This document shows positions 32,761 to 45,679 of a stretch of 64,000 nucleotides of DNA, piece after piece. The notes beneath the pieces are model-generated. The model was not told the origin of the DNA. It saw only the letters and a list, made by a program, of their open reading frames with translations, and ran no database searches. The translations under genes and the position numbers were made by a program. Source of the stretch: Macrostomum lignano (lineage: Eukaryota); NCBI GenBank assembly GCA_002269645.1, contig NIVC01001915.1, positions 124,001 through 188,000 of the forward strand. Reading direction: 5' to 3'. How positions within the stretch are numbered: the stretch's first letter is position 1; the number at the start of each line of letters is the position of its first letter.

Positions 32761-33149
32761 TCGCGTGGCACAATCGAGTCAGACGCGTTTAGCGCTGAGT
32801 TGGTTTGCCCGTCACAATGCATATAGAGTTCTAACTGGGCCCGTGGATACTGAGTCAGCATATTGTGCATTTTTGAGCTTTCTCTTAGCAGAATTCCATG
32901 GCTGAGCACCTGCCGAATGGAAGAGGACAGCGGCAAGAGACAGCAGAGGCTGGGGTAAGCGATGCCAGACCTGGGAATGAGGTGCTTGGGCAGTTCTGGG
33001 TGCGCGCGGGGCTGTGGGTTCGTTTAATATTTAATCAGCTCCCCCAGTGCCAATTCAGTGTCCGGCTGAGCATTGGTTTACTCAGCAACCCGGATTGTCT
33101 CAGACTCACCGCAATCTTGGCTGAGGTGAGACTGCAGGGTGTGATATTG

Positions 33150-35787
33150 AGACAGTATGGTGAGACTCAATATGGTGAGACTCAATGTGGTGAGACTCAA
33201 TATGGTGAGACTCAATATGGTGAGACTCAATATGGTGAGACTCAATGTGGTGAGACCATGATATGGTGAGACTCATGATATGGTAAGACTCAATATGGTG
33301 AGACTCAATATTGTGAGACTCAATATGGTGAGACTCAATATGGTGAGACTCAATGTGGTGAGACTCAATGTGGTGAGACCATGATATGGTGAGACTCATG
33401 ATATGGTAAGACTCAATATGGTGAGACTCAATATTGTGAGACTCAATATGGTGAGACTCAATATGGTGAGACTCAATGTGGTGAGACTCAATGTGGTGAG
33501 ACTCAATGTGGTGAGACTCAATGTGGTGAGACTCAATATGGTGAGACTCAATGTGGTGAGACTCAATGTGGTGAGACTCATGATATGGTAAGACTCAATA
33601 TGGTGAGACTCAATATGGTGAGACTCAATGTGGTGAGACCCAGTGTGGTGAGACTCAATGTGGTGAGACTCATGATATGGTAAGACTCAATATGGTGAGA
33701 CTCAATATGGTGAGACTCAATGTGGTGAGACCCAGTGTGGTGAGACTCAATGTGGTGAGACTCATGATATGGTAAGACTCAATATGGTGAGACTCAATAT
33801 GGTGAGACTCAATGTGGTGAGACTCAATATGGTGAGACTCAATGTGGTGAGACTCAATGTGGTGAGACTCATGATATGGTGAGACTCAATGTGGTGAGAC
33901 TCAATGTGGTGAAACTCAATGTGGTGAGACTCAATGTGGTGAGACTCAATGTGGTGAGACTCAATGTGGTGAAACTCAATGTGGTGAGACTCAATATGGT
34001 GAGACTCAATATGGTGAGACTCCATATGGTGAGACTCAATGTGGTGAGACCCAGTGTGGTGCGACTCAATGTGGTGAAACTCAATGTGGTGAGACTCAAT
34101 GTGGTGAGACTCAATGTGGTGAGACTCAATGTGGTGAGACTCAATGTGGTGAGACTCAATGTGGTGAGACTCCATATGGTGAGACTCAATGTGGTGAGAC
34201 CCAGTGTGGTGAGACTCAATGTGGTGAAACTCAATATGGTGAGACTCAATGTGGTGAGACCCTGTGTGGTGAGAATCAATGTGGTGAGACTCAATGTGGT
34301 GAGACCCAGTGTGGTGAGACTCAATATGGTAAGACTCAATATGGTGAGACTCAATTTGGTGAGACCATGATATGGTGAGACTCAATGTGGTGAGACTCAA
34401 TGTGGTGAGACTCAATGTGGTGAGACTCATGATATGGTAAGACTCAATATGGTGAGACTCAATATGGTGAGACTCAATGTGGTGAGACTCAATGTGGTGA
34501 GACTCAATGTGGTGAGACCCAGTGTGGTGAGACTCAATGTGGTGAGACTCATGATATGGTAAGACTCAATATGGTGAGACTCAATATGGTGAGACTCAAT
34601 GTGGTGAGACTCAATGTGGTGAGACTCAATGTGGTGAGACTCAATGTGGTGAGACTCAATGTGGTGAGACTCAATGTGGTGAAACTCAATGTGGTGAGAC
34701 CCAGTGTGGTGAGACTCAATGTGGTGAGACTCATGATATGGTAAGACTCAATATGGTGAGACTCAATATGGTGAGACTCAATGTGGTGAGACTCAATGTG
34801 GTGAGACTCAATGTGGTGAGACTCATGATATGGTAAGACTCAATATGGTGAGACTCAATATGGTGAGACTCAATATGGTGAGACTCAATGTGGTGAGACT
34901 CAATGTGGTGAGACTCAATATGGTGAGACTCAATATGGTGAGACTCAATGTGGTGAGACTCATGATATGGTGAGACTCAATGTGGTGAGACTCAATGTGG
35001 TGAAACTCAATGTGGTGAGACTCAATGTGGTGAGACTCAATGTGGTGAGACTCAATGTGGTGAAACTCAATGTGGTGAGACTCAATATGGTGAGACTCAA
35101 TATGGTGAGACTCCATATGGTGAGACTCAATGTGGTGAGACTCAATGTGGTGAGACTCAATGTGGTGAGACTCAATGTGGTGAGACTCAATGTGGTGAAA
35201 CTCAATGTGGTGAGACTCAATATGGTGAGACTCAATGTGGTGAGACTCAATGTGGTGAAACTCAATGTGGTGAGACTCAATATGGTGAGACTCAATGTGG
35301 TGAGACTCAATGTGGTGAGACTCAATGTGGTGAGACTCAATGTGGTGAGACTCAATGTGGTGAGACTCAATATGGTGAGACTCAATATGGTGAGACTCAA
35401 TGTGGTGAGACTCAATGTGGTGAAACTCAATGTGGTGAGACTCAATATGGTGAGACTCAATATGGTGAGACTCCATATGGTGAGACTCAATGTGGTGAGA
35501 CTCAATGTGGTGAGACTCAATGTGGTGAGACTCAATGTGGTGAGACTCAATGTGGTGAAACTCAATGTGGTGAGACTCAATATGGTGAGACTCAATGTGG
35601 TGAGACTCAATGTGGTGAAACTCAATGTGGTGAGACTCAATATGGTGAGACTCAATGTGGTGAGACTCAATGTGGTGAGACTCAATGTGGTGAGACTCAA
35701 TGTGGTGAGACTCAATGTGGTGAGACTCAATATGGTGAGACTCAATATGGTGAGACTCAATGTGGTGAGACTCAATGTGGTGAGACT
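33150..35787. repeat. 15-bp satellite (GAGACTCAATGTGGT) with higher-order duplications
   Basis: About 175 copies. The marker variant CTCCATATGG recurs 150 bp apart (34021/34171) and 360 bp apart (35111/35471). Confidence 0.98.
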
Positions 35788-36361
35788 AATTACCCAACTG
35801 TTTATCTACCATGTACAAAAATGTCAATTAAAAATAATTCTTCAATAGTGATGTCATGCTGTTCTCAAGCAAGTGTATGTATTTAATGCAATAAATAGTA
35901 CGTACATATATATAAGAAGATTTATAATTATCGTTTTTAACAAATAAAATCTCCTAAAGCGGTATTTAAATGACGCTTGCAATTTTTCCGGGTATTGACA
36001 AGTCTAGCAGAGTAAGAAATTTATAATAGCAATATTACAACAGTTACTAAAAAGGTGGTGAAAATGTGGGCAGTTGTACTTTGAAAACAATGTGCGAGCC
36101 AAGTTATGCAGCTCGAAGGGAGTCTAGCAAATACTGTTGCATTCGATGTCGGAGTTTGAATTTCAAAAAAAGTTAACGGGCGGGTTGACCAGAGTGTTAA
36201 TCGCATGGTAAAAATATCACCTGCTTCACCTTTCACCCTAGTCGGTAACGAGTTTCAATTGGAATACAAACATAATTAGTTTCCTACTAACAGAATCGGA
36301 GACTTGCCAACAATCTTGGGATTGCAGAGCTGTTCAAGGAGTCTCAAACTGATCGACTACT

Positions 36362-37050
36362 CGTATCTGAGATCCCCTACTTGTGCTTGAGACTCCCTAC
36401 TTGTGCTTGAGATTCCCTACTGTGTCTGAGATCCCCTACTCGTGTCTGAGATCCCTTACTTGTGTCTGAGATCCCCTACTTGTGTCTGAGATCCCCTACT
36501 TGTGTCTAAGATCCCCTACTTGTGTCTAAGATCCCCTACTGTGTCTAAGATCCCCTACTGTGTCTGAGATCCCCTACTTGTGTCTGAGATCCCCTACTTG
36601 TATCTGAGATCCCCTACTTGTGTCTAAGATCCCCTACTTGTGTCTGAGATCCCCTACTGTGTCTGAGATCCCCTACTTGTGTCTAAGATCCCCTACTGTG
36701 TCTGAGATCCCCTACTTGTGCTTGAGACTTCCTACTTGTGCTTGAGATCCCCTACTTGTGTCTGAGATCCCCTACTTGTATCTGAGATCCCCTACTTGTA
36801 TCTGAGATCCCCTACTCGTGTCTGAGATCCCCTACTTGTGTCTGAGATCCCCTACTTGTATCTGAGATCCCCTACTCGTGTCTGAGATCCCCTACTTGTG
36901 CTTGAGACCCCCTACTTGTGCTTGAGATCCCCTACTGTGTCTGAGATCCCTTACTCGTTTCTGAGATCCCCTACTTGTGCTTGAGGCTCCCTACTTGTGT
37001 CTGAGATCCCCTACTTGTGTCTGAGATCCCCTATTTGTGTCTGAGATCCC
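36362..37050. repeat. 20-bp minisatellite (CTGAGATCCCCTACTTGTGT) just downstream of the VGAT stop
   Basis: About 34 copies. Confidence 0.96.
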
Positions 37051-37116
37051 CAAGCATTGAGTTTCAGAGATCCCTGAATCGGGTCTCTCCCAGCAGTCTC
37101 AGAAGTCCCCATCAGT

Positions 37117-37848
37117 TCAGCTCCGCATCGCAACAATGGGCGTCAGAGCGCTGGAGTTGCCAGGCGGGCTGTAGTAGCCGTGCGACATCGCCTTGTGCAG
37201 CGCCCGGCCGCTCACGAACATCCCGACGGAGCCGAACAGCAAGCCCATGCCGATGATCAGCAGGTCCAGGCCCAGCACGAAGCAGCTCACGCTGTGACGC
37301 TTCAACGAGAAATGAAAATAGGCTGGCCAAACAAACGACAGCATTGTGCCGGTGAAGCTTCCGATGAGGCCGCACAGCAGGGCGAAGTGCGGCACGGTGA
37401 TGGCGATGACGTAGGTGAACAGGACCAGCGCGGCCCGGGGCAGCAACGCCCACAGTTTGAAGTCGCCGGTGCTGTTCCAGCAGCTGGGCAGCGGCCAGCC
37501 GGAGAACAGGCTGCTTTCTAGGAAATTCGCGGCCGCAAAGTAGGGCAGCGGATAGGAGCAGAGCGCCTTCACCACCAGAGCGACGTTCACCGTGACTTTC
37601 AGCGGCTCGCTAGCCAGGTTGTTAGTGATGACCTCCTTGGTGTGCTCGGCGAAGGTCACGAAGCCGATGTAGCCGAACAGGGCCTTGAAGATGGCGGACA
37701 GGATGTGGGTCCAGTTCATCATCAGCCCGAAGCGGGACTTGTCCATCAGGTTGCTCTCCAGGGTTGGCAGGAAGATGTGCGACGTGTAGGAGAAGACAAT
37801 GATGCCAACGGATATTGGGAAGGTGTTGATGTCCACGTGGAACTGGAC
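37117..37848 (-). CDS. SLC32A1: Vesicular GABA/glycine transporter, exon 3
   Basis: CCGACAG acceptor; FPISVGIIVFSYTSHIFLPTLE, KALCSYPLPYFAA, GLIGSFTGTMLSFVWP. Confidence 0.95.
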   Translation of the reverse strand, partial: VQFHVDINTFPISVGIIVFSYTSHIFLPTLESNLMDKSRFGLMMNWTHILSAIFKALFGYIGFVTFAEHTKEVITNNLASEPLKVTVNVALVVKALCSYPLPYFAAANFLESSLFSGWPLPSCWNSTGDFKLWALLPRAALVLFTYVIAITVPHFALLCGLIGSFTGTMLSFVWPAYFHFSLKRHSVSCFVLGLDLLIIGMGLLFGSVGMFVSGRALHKAMSHGYYSPPGNSSALTPIVAMRS

Positions 37849-38139
37849 CTGTCGGGACCGATAAAGATGAGATACAAGTTAGAAATGGCAGCAACAAAAC
37901 GCGAGAGTCAGACGTGCTGTCATCCAGAGCGATGCCCTTTTCCTCTGTAAGGCTACAATACGTCGCAATCGTGTCAAAAATCACCCTAATCTTGGTGCAT
38001 AGTTACCTGGCCGTTTAGGACCGCCTGACCCACGTCCAACTGCAAACTGCTCCCATGGAAACTTTTTCTCCACTTCTCCAGCACTGCACCATCTGTTGAA
38101 CACCACGGCGGTCTTTTACACGAAAATCTCAGAAATTAC

Positions 38140-38613
38140 CTTTTGAGGCTGCCAGTGCGCCGCCCTGGTCAGGCAGTACACAATGATGATGCAGTTGATG
38201 ATGACGTGGGTGACGGTGTTCCAGAAGGAGATCCAGCTGACGTGGCGCAGCGAGGTCAGGGCTGCGCAGGGCAGCAGACAGAAGAAGCTGACGCTTACCC
38301 AGGCGGTGAAGCTGAGCTGGCCCTCCGGGAAGCAGCCCAGCATGAGGTCGCCGCACAGCACCAGGTAGAGAATGCAGGTCATGAGGGCTTCCGTAATGGC
38401 GGCCGCGTTCACCACCATGCCGCCTAGGCGGGAGCGGAACACAAACTCGGCGATCTCGCGGTAGCTGGCCCGGACTCGAACCCCGTCCTCGTACAGGCAG
38501 GTGATGAGAACGCGACCAGTGTAGCAGCAGATGAAGGCTACGATGACAACAAAGATCACCGACCAGTAGCCTCCGTGCAGCACCGCGTAGGGCAGGCTGA
38601 CTAGGAACATGCC
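38140..38613 (-). CDS. SLC32A1: Vesicular GABA/glycine transporter, exon 2
   Basis: TTTTCAG|GGCATG acceptor; GMFLVSLPYAVLHGGYW, CCYTGRVL, LMTCILYLVLCGDL; AAG|GTAATT donor. Confidence 0.95.
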
Positions 38614-38639
38614 CTGAAAACATGCGGGTGGAGTGCGGT

Positions 38640-39470
38640 AAGGATACTGAAGTGACGCGGAAAGGCTACTGAAGTGACGCGGAAAGGCTACTGAAGTGAC
38701 GCGGAAAGGCTACTGAAGTGACGCGGAAAGGCTACTGAAGTGACGCGGAAAGGCTACTGAAGTGACGCGGAAAGGATACTGAAGTGACGCGGAAAGGCTA
38801 CTGAAGTGACGCGGAAAGGCTACTGAAGTGACGCGGAAAGGCTACTGAAGTGACGCGGAAAGGATACTGAAGTGACGCGGAAAGGCTACTGAAGTGACGC
38901 GGAAAGGCTACTGAAGTGACGCGGAAAGGCTACTGAAGTGACGCGGAAAGGATACTGAAGTGACGCGGAAAGGCTACTGAAGTGACGCGGAAAGGATGCT
39001 ATAAAGTGACACGGAAAGGATACTGAAGTGACGCGGAAAGGATACTGAAGTGACGCGGAAAGGCTACTGAAGTGACGCGGAAAGGCTACTGAAGTGACGC
39101 GGAAAGGATACTGAAGTGACGCGGAAAGGCTACTGAAGTGACGCGGAAAGGCTACTGAAGTGACGCGGAAAGGCTACTGAAGTGACGCGGAAAGGCTACT
39201 GAAGTGACGCGGAAAGGCTACTGAAGTGACGCGGAAAGGATGCTATAAAGTGACGCGGAAAGGATACTGAAGTGACGCGGAAAGGATACTGAAGTGACGC
39301 GGAAAGGATGCTATAAAGTGACGCGGAAAGGATACTGAAGTGACGCGGAAAGGATACTGAAGTGACGCGGAAAGGCTACTGAAGTGACGCGGTAAGGATA
39401 CTGAAGTGACGCGGAAAGGATACTGAAGTGACGCGGAAAGGATACTGAAGGGACGCGGAAAGGCTACTGG
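38640..39470. repeat. 22-bp intronic minisatellite (CTACTGAAGTGACGCGGAAAGG)
   Basis: About 38 copies, close to the acceptor. Confidence 0.96.
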
Positions 39471-40687
39471 AAGGATACATAACATAATTATACGAACAGG
39501 ATATGGAAAGCCTATGCCTATGGAACTGATACAAATTGTTACAAATTAAATGCTTTCTGTTTTGTGTCGAAGAGGAGAGAATAACTTTTCAAAGGAGGGA
39601 ACAAAGATTTCAAGTTTAACTTGTTCATTGGATGATTTTGTTTATTGCATATTTTCCGGAACGCTGTCCCAGATTCCGTAACACGGTACAGTGTTTTTGC
39701 TACACTAATCCTAATGCATTTGCATTCGGGCGGTCTAAACAGTGCAACATTCGAGTTCCCTCTCATTTCGCTGGTCACTGACACAGTTAGACTTCGAATT
39801 TATCCCCCCATCCACACAACTGCCAGGTGTTGGCTGGCAGTTTTCACCGGCCGTTCGATACCATGGGAAAATATTATCCCCCCTCCCTTCTGCTAAATGG
39901 GCCACGGATCGATCATGCAGTCGATGCGAGACATCTGATCCCCAGTTCTCCATCAGTCGTCTTGATCAGAATCCCACCCAGTTCGAAGTGAGGAATCAAG
40001 ACCATCAAGATTCCATCGGACCTCTCCCTCATCACCCGGTCTCTACCCAGCTCAGTCAATCACGGTCCCAGAGCGTCCCTGGCAACAGATCCCAGTCGAG
40101 GGAATGAAGAGGGGAAGGGGTGGGTAACGCGCCTCTTGTATTGAGGGGTTTTTTGCAGAGGGGCCATTGATCGCAGCTGGCTGTGAAGAGCAGACATGAG
40201 AGATATCTACCTCTGTCTCTGTACCTGGGCTGGGCTGTCCGAGAACTGCATTGATTGTCCACCACCGGCAAGCGTGATGAGAGTTTTGAGTTCTTCAAGC
40301 ATTGATGGAGAAGATCAATGCGGGAAAGACGAACGGCCAACTGCGTTGCCCACTCCCTCCCTAAACCCATGGATCGAGTTTCATTCCAGAATGAGACAAG
40401 TATCGGTGTGGCTCAGTGCCCGAGACGGCAAGACCAGTTGCAGTGAGGCGTGCCTGATCTGTTGCGAATGCCAGCGTATTTTGCGCGCAATTCCATCAGA
40501 GAGCTGCATGAGCTCCGCTGCAGACGGACTGCCAAGCAGTGCGGGTGTGTAAGCATGTCGCTGGGACACCGCATGAATTATGCACCTTGGCCCGTGTCCT
40601 GCTCCCACTTTCGCAGACTCGTCAACCGTGAAAGGGATGAATGATCCTCTCTCAACGGCCTGGCTGAGAGATTCTGTTGGTGGCCAA

Positions 40688-40778
40688 TAACATCTAGTTC
40701 TCTCTGTTATCCCACTTTGAGCTCTTCAGACATAACATCTAGTTCTCTCTGTTATCCCACTTTGAGCTCTTCAGACAC
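40688..40778. repeat. 45-bp direct tandem duplication
   Basis: TAACATCTAGTTCTCTCTGTTATCCCACTTTGAGCTCTTCAGACA occurs twice. Confidence 0.85.
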
Positions 40779-41059
40779 TGCGCTCCTAATTAACGGCGTG
40801 AGTTGTGCATTTTCTCGAGACCAATGATTTCTTCAATAGACCATTAATCCCGGACTTTTAAAATGCAAAACTAATAAAACTTTCCCTTCCACGAAATCAT
40901 TCACCGAGCACAAGACCGTCCGTTAAAGTTTAACACAAGGAAAATAAAATTAGATAGATTTTAAATCCCGCAATATTGGCCTTAATCGGATTGCCAAGAC
41001 TTGACTGCCGTGCATTTGATCCACAGCCGACCCTAATTGTAGCCTAAATCTCGGCAGTC

Positions 41060-42025
41060 AGTTGGTTGGCGGTAAAATGGTTGGCGGGTCAAATGGTTGG
41101 GTGGGTCAAATGGTTGGGTGGGTCAAATGGTTGGCGGGTCAAATGATTGGCGGGTCAAATGATTGAGCGGGTCAAATGATTGAGCGGGTCAAATGGTTGG
41201 CGGGTCAAATGATTGGCGGGTCAAATGATTGGCGGGTCAAATGATTGGCGGGTCAAATGATTGGCGGGTCAAATGATTGGCGGGTCAAATGATTGGCGGG
41301 TCAAATGATTTGCGGGTCAAATGATTGAGCGGGTCAAATGATTGAGCGGGTCAAATGGATGGGGTCAAAATGGGGACAGTCAAATGGGGACAGTCAAATG
41401 GGGACAGTCAAATGGGGACAGTCAAATGGGGACAGTCAAATGGGGACAGTCAAATGGGGGCAGTCAAATGGGGGACAGTCAAATGGGGACAGTCAAATGG
41501 GGGACAGTCAAATGGGGACAGTCAAATGGGGACAGTCAAATGGGGGACAGTCAAATGGGGGCAGTCAAATGGGGACAGTCAAATGGGGACAGTCAAATGG
41601 GGACAGTCAAATGGGGACAGTCAAATTGGGACAGTCAAATGGGGACAGTCAGCTGGTGACAGTCAAATGGAGACAGTCAATGGGGACAGTCAAATGGGGA
41701 CAGTAAAAATGGGGGACAGTCAAATGGGGGCAGTCAAATGGGGACAGTCAAATGGGGACAGTCAAATGGGGACAGTCAAATGGGGACAGTCAAATGGGGG
41801 ACAGTCAAATGGGGGCAGTCAAATGGGGACAGTCAAATGGGGACAGTCAAATGGGGACAGTCAAATGGGGACAGTCAAAATGGGGACAGTCAAATGGGGA
41901 CAGTCAAATGGGGTCAGTCAAAATGGGGACAGTCAAATGGGGACAGTCAAATGGGGACAGTCAAATGGGGACAGTCAAATGGGGACAGTCAAATGGGGAC
42001 AGTCAAATGGGGACAGTCAAATGGG
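41060..42025. repeat. Compound intronic satellite: 16-bp (TGATTGGCGGGTCAAA) switching to 14-bp (TGGGGACAGTCAAA)
   Basis: Shared GTCAAATG core; the switch is near 41360. Confidence 0.96.
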
Positions 42026-42113
42026 GACATAATTGGGACAATAAATGTTCGGCTCTCTTTTTATGCTCGGCCAACTTTAAACTTGGCCTAAGGCTGAGAT
42101 GACTCATACAGAC

Positions 42114-42476
42114 CTGAATAGCGTTAGTGACATTCCAGGCCGCCTGCCAGGCCGTAATCTGGTCCCGGCAGCGAGCTCGGTTGCCTGTAGCAGCAGCTCC
42201 TGCCTCGCCGGCCTCCGCAGCCTCGCCTCCGCCGCCGTCTCTAATGCCATTTCGAGCGCCGCAGTCCGCACTGTAGGCAGCATCATCGTCTGCTTCCTCT
42301 ACAAAGCGATGAAATCCGTGCTGCACCTGACCGCCGCCTCCACCGCCGACGCTGCCGCCGATTCCACCGCTGCCGTCGGCGCCAACGCCTCCATCGTCGT
42401 TGGAGCGCCTGTTGAGCAGCTGCCTGAGACTCGGCTGCGGCAGGTTGTGCGTGCTGTACGGAGCCTGGCTGCGCAT
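42114..42476 (-). CDS. SLC32A1: Vesicular GABA/glycine transporter, exon 1; 522 aa in total
   Basis: ATG at 42476; ITAWQAAWNVTNAIQ, then a CAG|GTCTGT donor joining to GMF, as in VGAT/UNC-47. Confidence 0.88.
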
Positions 42477-43232
42477 GTTGTGAGAGCTGATCAGGCCTGC
42501 AATTTCACTCAGTGAGACTTGCTGCTCCTCCTAGCAACCAAATTCATATTGCAGTTCCCGAGATTTATAGAGCTCTTCGCCCATGCTCAAGCCCAGGTAA
42601 GAGATACTTCGCGGGGGTGCTCACAGAATGCTCAGCCTCTCTTCAGCTCGGAGCCAATGGGGTGAATTTGAACTAAAGCAATAACTACAGCTAAACTTAG
42701 GTGATCCCGCAGCTGCCACCAGATCCTGATGTTTTAGATCCCCCTGGGCCAGCCCGCAGCTCAGATGAGACGCTTTGGAGTTTTAATCCTACTTTCGTTT
42801 CTGCAGCATCGCTCTGAGCTGCCACTTCGAGGCCTGGCATATTTCTCGGAGCCAAGTCGATAAGCCGCCTGGTGCACGGCTAAAGCATCTGTCTAATCCT
42901 TGGGAGCAAAGTTGAGCTAAGTAACCATTAGGCCTGTTCCGGTAGCGAAAATAAGGCAACGATTTTCTTGTCTCTCGTTGCTATGCAAGTCTATTTTTGT
43001 TCAACTACCGAAGCCGGTCAGAGACCCTGCAACTGAAGTGTTTCGGAACTCACAATTTCAGCATTGGACAGTGCGTTTGAGTTGCTAAAATGGCTTACAA
43101 TGTGATCTTTTTTTCTTAGTATAACTAACATTTGGGGAGGCAATAAAGAATGGAATAATTTTTTGAATAAACTACATATAGCTTTTGACTAATTTGTACA
43201 CTCGCTATTGTTGGTATCCTAACAATATCCTA

Positions 43233-43535
43233 GGGGGCTGTTGTCTAGTGGTCAGAGCGTCGAACTCATGACTTGAAGGTTGGGGGTTCGATTCTCGACC
43301 CACTCAGAACAGTTTGTGTCCATGAGCAAGACACTCAACTCTGCATTGCTTCAGTTCACCCAGCTGTAAAATGGGTGCCAGCATTAGCTGGGGTAATTGA
43401 GGGTGTGTGTGGCGACCCCCCCAGTCCTTGGACTGAAACAGCGCAATAGCTGCGGCTGAGCTGTCGGTTGCACAACTGACCTTTAGGCAGTTGTAATCAA
43501 TTATTATCATGTTTGTTATTATTATTATTTAATTA
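43233..43535 (+). mobile_element. tRNA-derived SINE with a CORE-like central domain and (TTA)n tail
   Basis: A-box-like TGTCTAGTGG, B box GGTTCGATTC, anticodon-like loop CTCATGA, then GTGTCCATGAGCAAGACACTCAACTC...CAGTTCACCCAGCTGTAAAATGGG resembling the CORE-SINE consensus. Confidence 0.75.
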
Positions 43536-43660
43536 ATTAGTATCCCAAGGAAAATGATATTTAAAGCAAAAAAGCATCCGCCCTGAGCGCAAGCTGTCTA
43601 GCCTAAGATATCAGATACCCTACAGAGCTTTGGCATCAAAGCCTCCTTTTAAGCCATGGC

Positions 43661-43680
43661 TTAACCCTAACCCTAACCCT
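43661..43680. repeat. Short (CCCTAA)n telomere-like tract
   Basis: TTAACCCTAACCCTAACCCT. Confidence 0.6.
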
Positions 43681-44518
43681 TGGCATCTGAGCAGCCCCTT
43701 TCTCATGAGCCACAGCATCTCAGCAATTCCCACTCTAGGAGCTTACGAGAGAGTATTTATGGAGAATATTGTGGCAGCTATGTGCATTACTTCCTACTAA
43801 TGCGAGTAGCAATCCGCAACTCTACGAGCTATTTAAACGGCCTTAGTTTTGCCGAGTTTTGTTCAACCGTAGTTTCTTTTACTGACGGTCCAGGCGCCAG
43901 AAACCCGAGGATCGGAGGCGCGCAGAAGCAGAAATTCCAGACCAAGGAAAGGCTACTGAAAGAGGAAGACCTGAGGGACGGGGGGGCAGAACAGGGAGAG
44001 AGGGAGCGGAGGGGAGACCGAAGGAATGGCTGGAATGCCGATTTCATAGGCGGTCGCAGCGACGCTGCAACAGCGCCAGGAATTACCTGTATGAGTCACG
44101 ACGCTGCTACAGAGTTTTTGCTCTCTAGAACGAATGCGCGCAAGCTATCCGGCAAAAGAGGCAGCGATGGACAACGGGGTCATTGGGGGCCAGTAGCGCT
44201 ATTCAAATGAACTCGTTTAACAATGCTCTCTGTCCAAATAGATTTGTGCAAGTTGATTCTGTTCAAAAGTCTAAAAATGTGCATTTTAAAAATTCGTATT
44301 CAGGACACAAATTTATTATACATCAAGACAAGAAACTGTTGGAGGAAGATCTCTTAGAAAATGTACATGTCTTACAGCGCGTGAATTAGTTCCATTGTAG
44401 GTGTCATGCAATTATCGCATTGGTTAAATACATTGACAATACTGAATGGTAAGATGCTAAAAAATTTACATGACAGCGCAACTGCATTTTTATTAATTGA
44501 TATTTCTTATTGATATAA

Positions 44519-44860
<342 letters not shown>

Positions 44861-44997
44861 AATGCCTTGAAGCAGGTGGAGGGAATATACAAAATGACAT
44901 CAGAGAATGGGCTTGGATCTAAACGTCAAGTCAGGGGTGGAAACGCATCGAGTTCAGGAGACATCAGAGAGACGGGAGCGAATTCAGTCTATCAATA

Positions 44998-45120
44998 TCA
45001 GCGGTTCTCCCTGTTAATCCGGCAGCCGTAGCAGAGCAGAGAGATTTGATCGGAACGGCCTCTCGCCAGCATCGGGTAGCAGCGGCGATGGCTGTCGTTG
45101 GTCAGCTGCAGGCCGCAGTC
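44998..45120 (-). CDS. Ajuba/LIMD1/WTIP-family LIM protein, exon 4 (DCGLQLTNDSHRRCYPML...CYGC...*)
   Basis: CTCCCAG acceptor, completes LIM3, TGA at 44998-45000. Confidence 0.88.
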   Translation of the reverse strand, partial: DCGLQLTNDSHRRCYPMLARGRSDQISLLCYGCRINRENR

Positions 45121-45287
45121 CTGGGAGTAAGGGGGCGGTAGAACAAGGACCTGCTTAGGACGAAGGAACAAAGACTATTTAGAGGAGAGAAAAGCACCGG
45201 TAGGCTAAGGTGAAAGGTTGCATCGAAGTTGCTCGTACGAGAGCTCAGTAAGAGGCACGAGAATAAAACAAAGACAACAAGCCCAAC

Positions 45288-45679
45288 CTGGCACCGGTAG
45301 CACGATGGGTGAAAATCTTTCCCCATGCTGACAACCCGCAGAACTTCCTGGGCGTCCTCGGTTTCCGGCGTGATGGGCAGCCGGCAGAGGCCGCAGCGGG
45401 GCGCGTACACCCGGTGATAGTCGGGCACGCAGAAGACAGAGCCGACCGAGTCCACGGTGAACGGACGGCCGTCCAGACAGGCCTGGCAGACGGAGCAGCG
45501 GAAACAGGCTGGGTGGAAGGGCCGGCCCAGCGCCTGCAGGATGTGGTCGGTGATCATGTGGCCGCAGGCTGAGCACTTCTCCGCTGCCTGCTGGAAGCCG
45601 GTGTACAAGAAATCTTGCGCGCAGTAGATTGTCGGTGGGGCGCCCTCCGTTGGCGACGGGACAGCGTAGAAAGTTTGAC
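45288..45679 (-). CDS. Ajuba/LIMD1/WTIP-family LIM protein, exon 3
   Basis: YCAQDFLYTGFQQAAEKC...ILQALGRPFHPACFRC...DGRPFTVD...DYHRVYAPRC...RVVSMGKDFH; family-diagnostic motifs. Confidence 0.93.

Noticed and set aside
33106-35848. ESHHI / SLTTL / VVRLN repeat proteins
   Set aside because: Frames of the 15-bp satellite, with no splice or start context.
36280-36365. Plus-strand acceptor CTAACAG followed by NRRLANNLGIAELFKESQTDRLL
   Set aside because: A single isolated signal with no partner exon or homology; it would be antisense to the VGAT 3' region. Too weak to call.
43661-43680. Interstitial telomere or chromosome fusion scar
   Set aside because: Only about 3 units in one orientation, a common motif in repeat-rich animal genomes.
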